This document shows, one piece after another, positions 1 through 13,058 of a stretch of DNA of 64,000 bases. Origin of the DNA: Lepidodermella squamata. Taxonomy: Eukaryota; Animalia; Gastrotricha. A program made the position numbers and the translations under genes. The notes under the pieces are model-generated. The model did no database searches, had not been told where the DNA came from, and was given only the letters and a program-made list of their open reading frames with translations. Numbering within the stretch: the first letter of the stretch is position 1; every line of letters starts with the position of its first letter. The stretch is from positions 2,480,001 through 2,544,000 of the forward strand of contig JBLDXI010000032.1 of NCBI GenBank assembly GCA_047495785.1, in the 5' to 3' direction.

Positions 1-2510
1 CCTCCAAAGCATTGAAAACCGATTCGGAGAACGAGATTAGGAGTTTGGCGAAAGTACTGCGATGAGTAGCGACTATTTTGTCGAAAAATTCCGAGCACAA
101 TGTCCACACACTGAAAACAAGGCGTTTAAACATTGGAATCTGCTTGCCATTTGTCAAGATTTTGTAAAGACAATTCAGAAGGGAAATGGCAAATTCCGAG
201 CCATTTTCTTTCGAGCAGCGCATTAAAGCTTCAAGGTAGATGAGAGCGTAGTTGGCTAAATCAGAGGCAACGATAAGATCCAAGTTGGACGGCTCGAAAA
301 TATCGCCACTTTCTTCGCAACTGGCGGCAATTTTCGCGCAAATCTCCTCCCAGTTTTTCGACTCGAAAGTCTCGGAAAGGCCACGAAGTTGTTCATAGCA
401 ATGGGTCCATTTCATTTCCATCAAAATGTCCTCGCGCGGCCATAACGGCCGGCGAAATACGTGCCCAAGATACAGTGATGTGAATTCATGCGCATCGTTC
501 AACACTGAACGGCACGATGAAGATGCCATTTGCATGAGTTGGAAGTTATGCGTGACTTTACTCAGCCGAAAAAACAGAAGGCAATGCCGAATTTTGTCAA
601 TTCGCCGCTGTTCTACTGTCCCGCGATACTTCAGAGACGGAACTAAAATGCTCGGCATGGTTACGCAATCTATTTCATTGGTCAGATCTAGCTTGACCGG
701 GGGCGACGTGAAGCTTGCTAAATAGTTTTGATCCTCAGTGGTTGGCGTCAGAAATTCGACAACAGCTTCCAGGAAAACTCGAACTATTTCGCAAACGGAA
801 ATGTTGTAATAGTCATCAAGCGCATTGAACGGTTTCACGTCTTCGAACTTTCGGAACTGTTCGTATAACAGGCAGAAACCAATGCAATCATCTTTATCCC
901 AAATGTGGGTAGTCGATAACTGGACTAGCCGATCAAGGGCAATTTTGACCAATTGCCTTAAACACTCGCCCTTCTGACTCCAAGCGTCGATTTCTTCGAA
1001 TAAATCAACGTCAGCCAGTTTAGGTCTCGAGGGCCCGTCTTCACCGTTGGTCGAAGCCTGCGATGTCGATAATCTACGTTGAGAGCCTACGCTCGCAGGT
1101 TGATCGCAAGTTTCAGCCTGGTCACATAGGCCTTTTAATTGAGCAATGTACTTCAATACTTTCGCCCTTCCGCCTGGAGTGCTCGAAAGCTGACTTCCAG
1201 GTTTCGACTGCGACAAATTCGCGGTATTTCTCGACGCTCGAGTGCTTTGTTGAGGGGTAGTTGGCATACGCTGTGAGCCAGTTTGAACCGATGCGCGGGC
1301 ATCATCGACTGCCGACGGCTCTTCTTTCAAAATTTTGAAAGGAGAGTCCAGGTAATTTGATTTTTCATTTACAGCCTCATCGCATGCTTTGGCTAGGTAT
1401 CGGCAAATTTCCAGGACAGTCACTTTCCGGTCGGTTTGAACTTGAAGTTTAGTCGACGGAAGAAAATCAGACGGTTGAGAGGGGACAATCGATGATATAA
1501 TTTCAATGTGGTGTTTACTGATATTTTCACATTCAGTAATAATCTGCGAATAACATGAATTTTGCAAAATGGATCAACTATTTTGTTGATTTTTTACCCT
1601 CTGGTCAAATAATTGCTTGTCAAGCAAACTGGCACTCTCTTTGATTGATCGATTGTATTTGACGATAGTAGGTTCCCGTTTCAATATTTCGAGGCATAGC
1701 GTATGACCAGCGACGAACAGCGAATTTTCAGCAATTCCTTGCAGACAATAAGAGATGCAATCTGAAATTCATAAGAAATCATTTAGCATACTTATTTAAT
1801 ACCGCAAACTTGCCGTCGTAAAGGCCGATAACAAACAGGCATTGGCATAGTTTGATGAGTGAAGCCCAGTGCATTCCTGGGCAATTGGCCACAGCCTGTT
1901 GCCTCGTAAATTATGTTTCGAATCTCAGTTGAACGATTTTCTTACCTCTTTAAATACTGGAAATGCTTCGTACACTGTTCGGGTTTTAATCAGCAAGCAG
2001 CCATACTTGAACCAAGCTGTTGAATTTTTCGGTTGGAGATTGCAGGCCTGAAATTGATATAATGATATTATATTTTTTTCACCTTTTTCCGCGAGCTCAC
2101 TTCTGAAAGAGTTGATATTGCCTCCTCGGATCGGCTTAGATTGATGAAGCAATCAGCGAGATTCATCAAAACTGGAAAGGTCAGCTTGTGCACTTTCCTG
2201 GACTGTTTCACATGTTGTATAAATAGCGCGAGTATCAAGGTAATGCTTCATTACTGATTTCGTAGCAAAATGCTTCCGAAGCTTTTCAAGCTCAATTTCG
2301 GCTTCTTTGTACTGCTTTTCGCCAATATTTTGTAAAGCTTGCCCGTACACATTTATTATTTCGTCCTGTGAAGTAAAAAACAACAAAATTACAACGATAA
2401 ATTGCGGCTTTCCTGTATACTTCATCGAAGTCGTCTGGGTTTTTCACGAATTCCTCGACTTCTTCTTCCTCCTGTTCTGCTTCATAGGGCGCGTTCAGTG
2501 GGTGAAACAT
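1..2510 (-). CDS. CABIN1: Calcineurin-binding protein 1 (CABIN1/HIR3)-like TPR protein, multi-exon, runs off the left edge
   Basis: Spliced N-terminus MFHPLNA..., QDEIINVYGQALQNI, ACNLQPKNSTAWFKYG, AVANCPGMHWASLIKLCQCLFVIGLYDG, CISYVCKGIAENSLF parallels the CABIN1 TPR region (NPDHWPCLDNL...CLYFICKAL). Confidence 0.65.
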
Positions 2511-2711
2511 CGAGGGTTAAATTTATAAATACGCCTAATAAAACACATCACGTCGGCTGAACTGTTCATCATTTTATTTCTTTCTCATCAAATTATCAAA
2601 GCTAAAGCTTTGGAACACACTATTTCAATGCTTGGTTCATCATTTAATATGACAAAATTGGAAGCATTGTCAACGTTAAGGTCGAGTCGGAATGATTGCA
2701 GAGGGCGGCGC

Positions 2712-3554
2712 TTACTTTTTGGCCCATTCAACGTGGAGCACCAGGTGGTCATATTTCATACCGTTCAAGACGCGCAAGCACTTTTCAGCTTCGTAATGGC
2801 TGTCGAAGCTGATGTACGCAAAACCGCGAGAGCGCTTCTTGTCGAAGTCCTTCGGAATGTGGATACGTTTGATATGAGCCAAGTCCATTTGTTGAACTAG
2901 CTCGCGTAGATCTTCTTCCGTAGCATTGTCTGTCAAGTTGCTAATACGCAAAGTTGGCAGATCATCGCGAGACGAAAAGTTTCCGATCGCAGAAGCACCC
3001 GGAGCGCGCATAGCACCAGCGCGTGCGCCAGGAGGAACATACGCACCGGGGGTGCCAGCATTGCTAGGAGCGGCAGGAGCGGCTCCGGCTGGCGGCGCTC
3101 CTTTGCCAGAGATATTGGCGATGTCGCTAACAAGCGACCGCAGCGGGCATTTGACACTGTAATGAGGACCTTTGCAGTACTGGCACTTGATGACTTGAGT
3201 CTGTTGACCAATGTTATCGACAGCGCCTCCACCTTCGCCGTCGTCATCGCGATCGTCATGGCCACCGGCTTGGGTGCCGACCACAAATTCCATGCGAACC
3301 TCTTGAAATTCCATGTGAACAGATTCACCGCGTTCAGCGTCGCCAAACTTCTTCCACGAACGACGGGCTAGAACGCCCTTGGGAACTATCTGCTTAACGA
3401 GGCGATACGTTTTTGTCACCTTGTAGCGCTTTCCGTCGCGCTCTTCATATTCGACAACATGCTTCAAGCCAGACTCCTCGTCAATGTCCGTATACCCTTC
3501 TTGTTCGCGCTCAACTTTGTCTGCCCAAGACTGTGAAACAGTTCCGTTCGTCAT
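2712..3554 (-). CDS. EIF3G: Eukaryotic translation initiation factor 3 subunit G, intronless
   Basis: SWAD N-terminus, RRSWKKFGD, zinc knuckle CQYCKGPHYSVKCP, C-terminal RRM (RGFAYISF, YDHLVLHVEWAK). ATG at 3554. Confidence 0.97.
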   Translation of the reverse strand: MTNGTVSQSWADKVEREQEGYTDIDEESGLKHVVEYEERDGKRYKVTKTYRLVKQIVPKGVLARRSWKKFGDAERGESVHMEFQEVRMEFVVGTQAGGHDDRDDDGEGGGAVDNIGQQTQVIKCQYCKGPHYSVKCPLRSLVSDIANISGKGAPPAGAAPAAPSNAGTPGAYVPPGARAGAMRAPGASAIGNFSSRDDLPTLRISNLTDNATEEDLRELVQQMDLAHIKRIHIPKDFDKKRSRGFAYISFDSHYEAEKCLRVLNGMKYDHLVLHVEWAKK

Positions 3555-5251
3555 AATAGAACTCAGGAAGATGTGTAAAAACACGTCAAAATAACCTAGA
3601 ATATAGTCAACATAAATTGATAGATTGTGCAAAGGCTATTCATGTGAACACATTTCTTATGAAATTTCTACTATTACCTAAAACGAACGTAGTTTCAATC
3701 GCCAGGCTGACCTATGAGAGCGACTAATAACACAGAAACTGAATTGGCCAATCGAGAAAACTTAGTGCAACAATTCGAAGTTAGAACATTAGTGCAGGGG
3801 TAGACGGAGTAACCATATGTTAAAAAGATGCTCTTTTGGCCAGAAACCCGAAAAAGTAATGCATCGGTAAATATTCAATTAGAAAAACCAACAAAGGTCG
3901 TGAATCAGAGGCCGTGGTTAATTGCGACGGCTATTCTACATGATTTCATCAGTCTTGTGAGAGACTTAAAGATTGCCTAATGAAGAAGAGCGTTGGCTTT
4001 TCGTAAAATTTCCTTATCCGGCGCGCTGTGCTTTGTCGAGCGTTTTTAGGGCCATTCCAGAGCCTGCTTCGAGGAGCATGTCACAGTAGCCGAAGTGAGA
4101 TTCAATGAACCCGTTGTATAAGTATATGGAATGCCTTCTTCGACCGACTAAAACATGTGCACTCATTGCGGATAGTGGAGCGACGAGTTTCGTCACCCTA
4201 GGCAAGCTCGTCGTTAATTTATAGTAATTTGATGGGTGTGGTCGAAGAAAACAGTTGAGCAAAGGTTCAATTACTAATTAACTGCTAGTTAAGCCTAACC
4301 TAATCGCAACTAGAACCTAAACCACCTACCTCGGTGGATTAGAAACATGCATTTAATACTTACAACTCAGGTTAACTAGTAGTTGATGTTTTAAATATGA
4401 TGATCGACAACCCGACAACATCCACTACAACTACTGACTGTATTATCGGCAATAAAATCATCATCATCATTCAGAGTTAACTGGAGTTAAGCTGCTAGTT
4501 GTTTTTCGATCGCACCGTTGTTTTGCGTGCCGAAACCTTAATTGACTCATTTTTCGAGTTAATCGAGTGGTCCCAGAGCCTCTCCTCTCTCCGCAACGTA
4601 CTTTGTGGGTTGGCAAAAATTAACACAAACATCTGGGAACAGGGCAAAGAAGGGTGTGCGATCAGCTGACAGCTGACAGAGCAGAAAATGCGGATAAAAA
4701 CTGACTGCTGATGCGGTCAGTCACTTTCTTTATATTTTCGCGTGAAGGTCATTTGAACACTACCAAAAAGATATTCCAAAAATGAATACAGAGAATTTTC
4801 AATAAAATTACATGCAACTTTGTAGCAAATATTTTGTAAATAATTAACTGACAAGGTTTTCCATCAAGTTTCATTTTTTTGAATCCGTTTCGAAATCGAG
4901 CCGATCGAGCGAGCCCTCTCCCGCTCTATGACTTCTCAAGGGGAAGCAGGCATCAACCCCCACACCCCACACCCAGGGTAGCAAAAACTGTCCTTCAAAC
5001 TGTCCTCAAATACCCTCCTATTTCCTATTTCCTGTAGATGAAAGGTGAAACGTTTATCCATCCTAGTGTTTCGTGTTTCTGTCACTTTACACCAGGAGGG
5101 TCGAATGTTGACCTAGAAAGTGGAAGAAGCATAAAACAACTCCAGAATTTCTTTCCACGATCAAGTTTTGCCCCTCATCCCTCTTTGTTATCTTTTCATT
5201 TTGTAATATTATCTTATATCTGATCATTTTTTTTATCTGATAGAGGTTAAC

Positions 5252-5707
5252 ATGTCAAAGACTAAGGCTGAGGCTCCCAAAGAAGATAAAGCGAAGCCGG
5301 TTAATTTCTTTGGGGTAGACGATGACTCGGATGCCGACGATGAACCTGAAGGAGATGATGGTAGCAATGGCAGCGCTACTTATGACGCACGCGCAGATGC
5401 TTCGGACGAAAAACCTGAGGATAATGGCATAACTTCCGAGGAGGCTGAATTAGTATTGGATGAATATCGCAGTGCACGGACTTCTGGCTTGCCACCTCCT
5501 AACGTGCTGTTTGCTGCCAGTAAAAAGCCCGAATTTCTTAAAGCTTCTACTGTGGCATCAAAATGGGACGGTGAAAGGCACCTGCACAATCTCCGCGCGG
5601 AAAGAGATAGAAAAACTGCTAATCCCGATGTTATTTCCTCGTCAGCAAAAGTCGGTGACGATTGGGGTGAAGAAAAACACGAGTCTAAACGCTCAAAGCG
5701 CTCGTAA
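5252..5707 (+). CDS. C1orf52: UPF0690/C1orf52-like acidic protein
   Basis: NFFG followed by an acidic tract, LPPPNVLFAASKKPEFL (cf. LPGPDELF..V.RPAFL), WDGERH, basic C-terminus. Confidence 0.7.
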   Translation: MSKTKAEAPKEDKAKPVNFFGVDDDSDADDEPEGDDGSNGSATYDARADASDEKPEDNGITSEEAELVLDEYRSARTSGLPPPNVLFAASKKPEFLKASTVASKWDGERHLHNLRAERDRKTANPDVISSSAKVGDDWGEEKHESKRSKRS

Positions 5708-5813
5708 AATTCACTCTCTGATACTTGTTTTTTTTACTTTTCTTTCTCGAAACAAGATTGTTTGATGTAGATTCCCTACTTATTTTTGCTATTTAGGTTT
5801 TCTTAGCTTTTTG

Positions 5814-7046
5814 ATGTCGTCATGTCTTCCGTGTATCCGTGGATCGTACGATGTCTACCGGGTTTCCGAAGAGGATCGGAAGCGTCACCTGATGATTGAA
5901 AAACAAATCAAAGACGACGCGCGCAGAATTCGATCCGATCGCCGGTTACGTGTTTTATTGCTAGGTACAGGCGAGAGTGGGAAAACCACATTCATTAAAC
6001 AAATACGCATAATTTATGGCAATGGGTAAGTAAAACCTGCTTTCTCAAATACTCTAGTTAAATTGTTTTTTTTTGTTATCATAGGTTCACTGCTGATGAG
6101 CGACTGGAGTTCAGGTCACATATTTATCTCAATGTCGTGCGAGGTTTGAAAGTATTGGTCGATGCGATGCGCAAGTTGAACATTCCCTACACCGACCCGC
6201 TCAATTCACAATATACCGACCTCGTCCTGTCGTTCAGTGATTATCCAGATCCAGCTTCCTTTCGAGATTTTGCTCCCGTTGTTCAGCGGTTATGGGCTGA
6301 TGCAGCAGTGAAACGAGTCGCCGAACTTGGCGGTAAATACTTTCAGTTTACCGAGTCAGTGAAAATATTCTTCGAGCAGATAGCTCGCATCTCCAATATG
6401 GTAAGCTGACTTACCTCTTGCTGGTGAACTTGACTAATATTATTGCTTTTAGAATTACATTCCCACGGAAGCAGACATCGTTTTGGCGCGAAAACCGACG
6501 AAAAATATTACAGAATATACTTGTTTTGTCGAGGGATATGAGATGAATTTCATCGACGTCGGAGGTCAACGTTCCGAAAGGCGGAAGTGGCTTACTGCTT
6601 TCACAGGGATGTTACATAGCATTCTCTTCATGGTCGCTATTTCTGAATTTGACGAGGTGCTTTTTGAAGCTGGCTGTGATGATCGGCCTAATCGAATTCG
6701 CGAAGCGTTTGGAGTATTCAGACTTATTATCAATAATCGATTCTTGGTTGAACGCGTTGCTCCAATAATTTTCTTCAACAAATTCGATCTGCTGCAATAT
6801 AAAGTGGTCAATCGTATCGCTGATATTCGTGCAACGTTCCCAGACTACCGCGGCGATCCTTACAATATGGAGCATGTCCAGGCTTATTTCATCAACATGT
6901 TCCGACAGGCAAGAACGTTCAACGCTGGGAAACCGTTTTATTACCATTTCACGACTGCGATCGATACCACGAACGTTAAACGTGTTTTCGACAGCATCAA
7001 ACACACGATTATTCAACAAAGACTTTCCGAATTCGGTCTGCAATGA
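5814..7046 (+). CDS. Heterotrimeric G protein alpha subunit, G12/13-like, 3 exons
   Basis: GTGESGKTT P-loop, LARKPT, DVGGQRSERRKW, SILF, FNKFD, HFTTAIDT, N-terminal SCLPC, C-terminal LQ. Short introns near 6026-6084 and 6401-6452. Confidence 0.85.
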
Positions 7047-7218
7047 TTTAGTCTTCATTCCAATTTTACTACGCAATTTATTCTGTGTTATCTCAACATT
7101 CTTCCATGAACTATGCATCAGTTTGTCTGCTGATCAAGGCCAAAGTTTTGTTACTGCTAAATTGCTGATTATTACTATTTATTTCGTAGTTTGTCAGTTT
7201 TCTATTGATGCTGTCTTC

Positions 7219-7242
7219 GTTGTTGTTGTTGTTGTTGTTGTT
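7219..7242 (+). repeat. (GTT)8 microsatellite in the Galpha 3' region
   Basis: Read directly from the sequence. Confidence 0.95.
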
Positions 7243-7617
7243 ATCGCTTTAAAAAGCGGAATTCATTCGGTTTTATTGTGTCAAAATTGTTGTCCCATGA
7301 GAAATCCGTTGTTCCTGTCTGTAATCTTTCGGTTTTGGATAAATTGTTTTGCTATTTTCTTCCAGTGTTAATAATGCTTCGCGCCAAACCGAATAAGAGT
7401 GCTATTAATATATATAAATATAAATTTATTAAAACCTTGCGATTTTTTAATGTCGAATAAACCATCCATGACTCTTTATATAATCGTGTTTTATTACTTC
7501 CGGCTACGTGACAAAAATAAAGATAGGTATAATCCGAGGGTTGTAGCTACCTATTTACAGGCTGGTAGATCGCGGGATCACATAAAAGGCCAGGTCACTT
7601 TGGTTACATTTAAGCGT

Positions 7618-8550
7618 TTAGGTAAGTGAATTTTTACAGGTCAAAAAGTGTTTGATCATTTTTTTCATCATAATGTAACGGTCCCACGGTGCGAATCGTT
7701 TCGCCTCCGTGTATTCCTCCTCAAGACGTTGAATAGCTGAACGAACGCTCTGAATTTTTGACGCAATTTCGCCGAATTCCTCGTCCATTTTGCGGGTGTC
7801 TTCTTGTATTTCGAGCCGCGACATGTTTTCGTATTTCTGAATTTTCGCCGCAATCTCCTTGTGTTGCCGATTAACGCCTGGAGGGATTATCGCTTCTATA
7901 TTCAGAGTCGTCGCGCCGTTTTGCATATGAACTGAAATGTCATATAAATGTTATTTTTCTTAAGTCAAATGAATCATTGGAAAAGGTCTAGAACCTTTGC
8001 TACTGCTGTTGCTACTACAACTACCGGTCTTGTGCATCATACCAGGGGTCTCCTTATTTTCTGCCGGAGGTTCTATCGGTGGGCTCGGCTGGTTAACTTT
8101 CGACAACTCTTCCTCTTGCATTAATATTCGCTTGATCATCAATTTCATCTTCCCGTATCGAGCAAAGCACATTGATTCCTTCGCGGAGGTGTACTCGTTT
8201 GCCAAATGATCGATTGCCAATCTGGATAAAATTATATTTTCGCGACAAAATCGGTTATAGCCCAAGATTTACAAACCGATAATCCCGCTGTTTTTGTCGA
8301 TAGTCAATAAGCCGCTGCGTCGCCGATAGATTGGCTTTCTTAACGGCCTCTTCCTGCTTGATATCAACAAATAAGCCTAAAATAGATTACATTTAATTTT
8401 ATTTAAGAAAAGAGATCAGCTGAACTACTTACTTTTTGTGCGCTCAATTTGTCCCTTGACAACTCCGTGGTAATCATGAATTTTATCCTTGAAACTTTTG
8501 TTTCTGACATTACGCGTCAGACCTCCTGCCTGAAGAGAATTCTCGGACAT
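7618..8550 (-). CDS. Uncharacterised helical protein with two internal repeats, 4 exons
   Basis: ATG 8550; GT-AG joins stay in frame; the motif RxAIxxLxxEYTxAKxxxxxxRYxxMKxMIK occurs twice. Confidence 0.75.
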
Positions 8551-10301
8551 GCTCGAAGAAGTGCTACAAAAATATGAGCGAACTGGAAACGGGCAACAGA
8601 ATTTTCTAGTACTGTGATACAGGGAGAAAATGAAAGCTGAAAAAAACTGATCGATCGATAGGTGAGAATATTTTCACGGCGGTTCAGAAGACCCAGGGAT
8701 GACTGGGAAGGATGAAGCCTTTAGTTCCGCTATTTATCTAGCTAAAAAATAATTGAAATTTATAGAGATCGTTAGATGTCTTCATGATAAAGTGTCGCGC
8801 CGGAAAGTAATATATTATTTAGAAAACCGCTACATTCTTTATTATTCGCACGATCAGCGTAAAAAAGGCTCATTAAAAGGTTGTGGTCAAATAACCCGAC
8901 CATGTATGAACTGAAAAAGATTCTCAAATCGATATGCTGGGCTTTTGATCTGTTCCAATATTCACCGGCCGCGAGCTGTGCGATGATGCGGTGAAGGCAC
9001 GGGGGTAGCAAGATTCAAATTAATGTAAGAGAAAAACTTCGAAACAAATGTGAGTATGTCGTGGAACGTACTCGCCGCTGCGTATGCTCTCGATATTCAA
9101 CTCAGATCAGCCTGAGCTCAATTATTTTCAGCTTCTAATTGATATCGAATATTTCGCGAAATGTGCGCATCGGCATCGAAATCCGCCGTCTACGCATAGC
9201 TAAGCTGCGCTTTTTCCAGATTACACTCAACGTGCGATTGTCAATTGATCAGCGTGCGCGCGGTACCTGTTTGCGTCAAAGCCTCGCTGAAAAAATCGTT
9301 TCAATCGATATAAATAAAACTATCACATGATCGCGTCCATCCATCACGCCGAGAAGCAAAAAATCTTTCTTTCTCGTATCCGGGCTTTTATTTTATCCAT
9401 ATTTCACTGCCTCAGCCGACTGATGTTATTCAGAGAACTATTAATATTATTATTACTTTAGCAGCAACATAAATTAGTTACAGGCGCATTACTTGGGACG
9501 ACGTTACAAGAATTAGTAAGTGTATAATATTATCATCAGCATCACAATTATGTTTCAATCTTCCCGTGTTTGAACTGTTTTCTTCCTCTAGCGACATCAA
9601 AACTGTCAAAGTGTGCAATTTTCTATAATTCATTTTCAATGTTGCGACTCAAGTCCTAGATACCAGATACCACAACCTTGGTGAGAATCGGCGCGAGGTG
9701 ATAAAGCAAGAAAATTCGACGATTGGGTTCAACTACTTCAACAACGAGGGTGACAAAACCTAACAAAATAGGTTCACATATGGAATTTAACAACGCACAC
9801 CGATGATATTGCAAATAGTAGCGCTTTCGAGAAATGCAGAGGAGTTGTGAGGATAGTTCGGTAAAAGCTTTATTCCTAGCTCTTTACACCCGTGAACGAA
9901 GAAAAAACCGGAGGATTAAAACTCAACGACAGAAAAATAACAAGCGGGCCAGATCGTGAGGCGTCGATACAACGACAGCACTAAACAAAACGAACAGGAG
10001 AAATAACTTTGATCTGAGACAGCCGCGCGAGAGAAAGAACAGCGCACGGTTACATTCGTGTCAGAACTGTGAGTACAATGCGCGATCTTTGACGTGATAA
10101 AAACTTTTGTATATTATTATGTTAAAAACGCACGCAGAGAAAAATCTGGCGAAACAAAAAAAATCCACCTCAACAATTGCGAATTTTCTCTGTGAACAAA
10201 ATACGGAGAAAAGATCTTGAATTAAACCGTTGCTAAGTGTCATAGGTAATGAAAATAACTATGAATTTTGTCGTCTGCTAGCTGAAAAACTCGGCCGGGC
10301 T

Positions 10302-11798
<1,497 letters not shown>

Positions 11799-12260
11799 CT
11801 GAAATTCATCATTAAATCCTAGTTCTCATTGTGAATAACCACGTATGACTTGCTAAAAGGGTCGAGTATATTTAATAGAAAATTCAACTATAAGTGTGGG
11901 TGTATGCTGTTTACTTAAATTTTACGTTGACTTACTTGTCAAGGGTGCAATGAAGGCGGCGCTAATAACAACAGCGATAAGCTAATCGAAAGTGACAGGT
12001 CGATATTTCAGCGACAGCTTACTCGAAGAATCAGAATGACGTACCAAGGTGATTCAGTTCACATTTTTCCAATCGCCAATACATGGTATCAATAAATTAT
12101 CTAAAATAAATGTAAGGCATTAGTTCAAACAGGCTTCTTTGCTGTCAATCACAACTGAATTCAGAGCAATAAAATATGTAACCAAATAAATAGGTACTTG
12201 AGACAATGAACGACAATCGTTTGCATGTTTTTTGAGAATAATTACAACGAAACATCTGGT

Positions 12261-12337
12261 GGTGCCACATCAGTCGCCATCATCCTTCTAAGAGAAGGTT
12301 TCTGATTGCAACGTCATTAATGAAAAGTTGGCACACC
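12261..12337 (-). promoter_or_regulatory. Type II SECIS element of selenoprotein S
   Basis: Minus strand reads GTGCCAAC...ATGAC-GTTGCAATCA-G-AAA-CCTTCT-ctt-AGAAGG-a-TGATGGCGAC-TGAT-GTGGCAC: AUGA/GA core, helix II, unpaired AAA, apical mini-stem and helix I. Confidence 0.92.
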
Positions 12338-12360
12338 GAGAAGTTCTATACTAGTTTGAT

Positions 12361-13058
12361 TTAAGATCAGCTACGCCCTTGCCGGCGTGACGATGGTGTC
12401 CAACGACAAGAGCCGCCACTGCTACCGCCTGAATTAAAACCACCACCACCACCGCCCATCGCTTGAGCCTAAGAAAACTAGTAAATATTTATTATCGAAG
12501 TTAGGGTGGCAATATACAAACTCTTTCTCTGCTGGCTTTCGATGTTCCACCCCTTAATTGAGACTCGTAGTCTTCAACTTTTTGCTTGCGGATTTCTTCT
12601 TCGCGCTTCTTCTGCTCTTCGGCATGCTGAGCGGCAATTTCTGCATAACGCTGTTGAATCCGTAAACGCGCCTCCATCATATCCTCGTGACGACGCAGCT
12701 CTTCGGCAGAATCTTGACAAAGCATATAAGCTATATACCTGCGCAAAATACCCCATGGAAATGTCAAGTTACCAGTTTTATGGGCTTGTGCATCTTCTCT
12801 CATCCGCTGCCACCTTTCGAGCTTACGCTGTAACAGACTCAGTAGATACCAGAGAATCACGCCACCGAAAAGGCAGAACCATCCATAGCTAGCGAGAAAT
12901 TGAGATACTGGAAGAAAAAAGATGAGAACAATTCTTCAAAACCAAGCCTACATACCTGCTTGGAAAGTGTAGGTGATGATTGCAGGATTCTTATTCGCAA
13001 CATCCTCTGTGAATTCCTCTCCTACATCATCTTCGACGATTGCGTCTTCGTCGCCCAT
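12361..13058 (-). CDS. SELENOS: Selenoprotein S (VIMP), 4 exons, Sec encoded by TGA at 12367-12369
   Basis: SYGW plus TM helix, coiled coil (EARLRIQQ..EEIRKQKVE), Gly-rich tail GGSCRWTPSSRRQGRS-TGA-S-TAA, SECIS immediately downstream. Confidence 0.92.

Noticed and set aside
4293-4322. cctaacctaa as a telomerase RNA template, and ccctaaccctaa near 63715
   Set aside because: Short and common in repeats; no pseudoknot or other telomerase RNA elements could be established.
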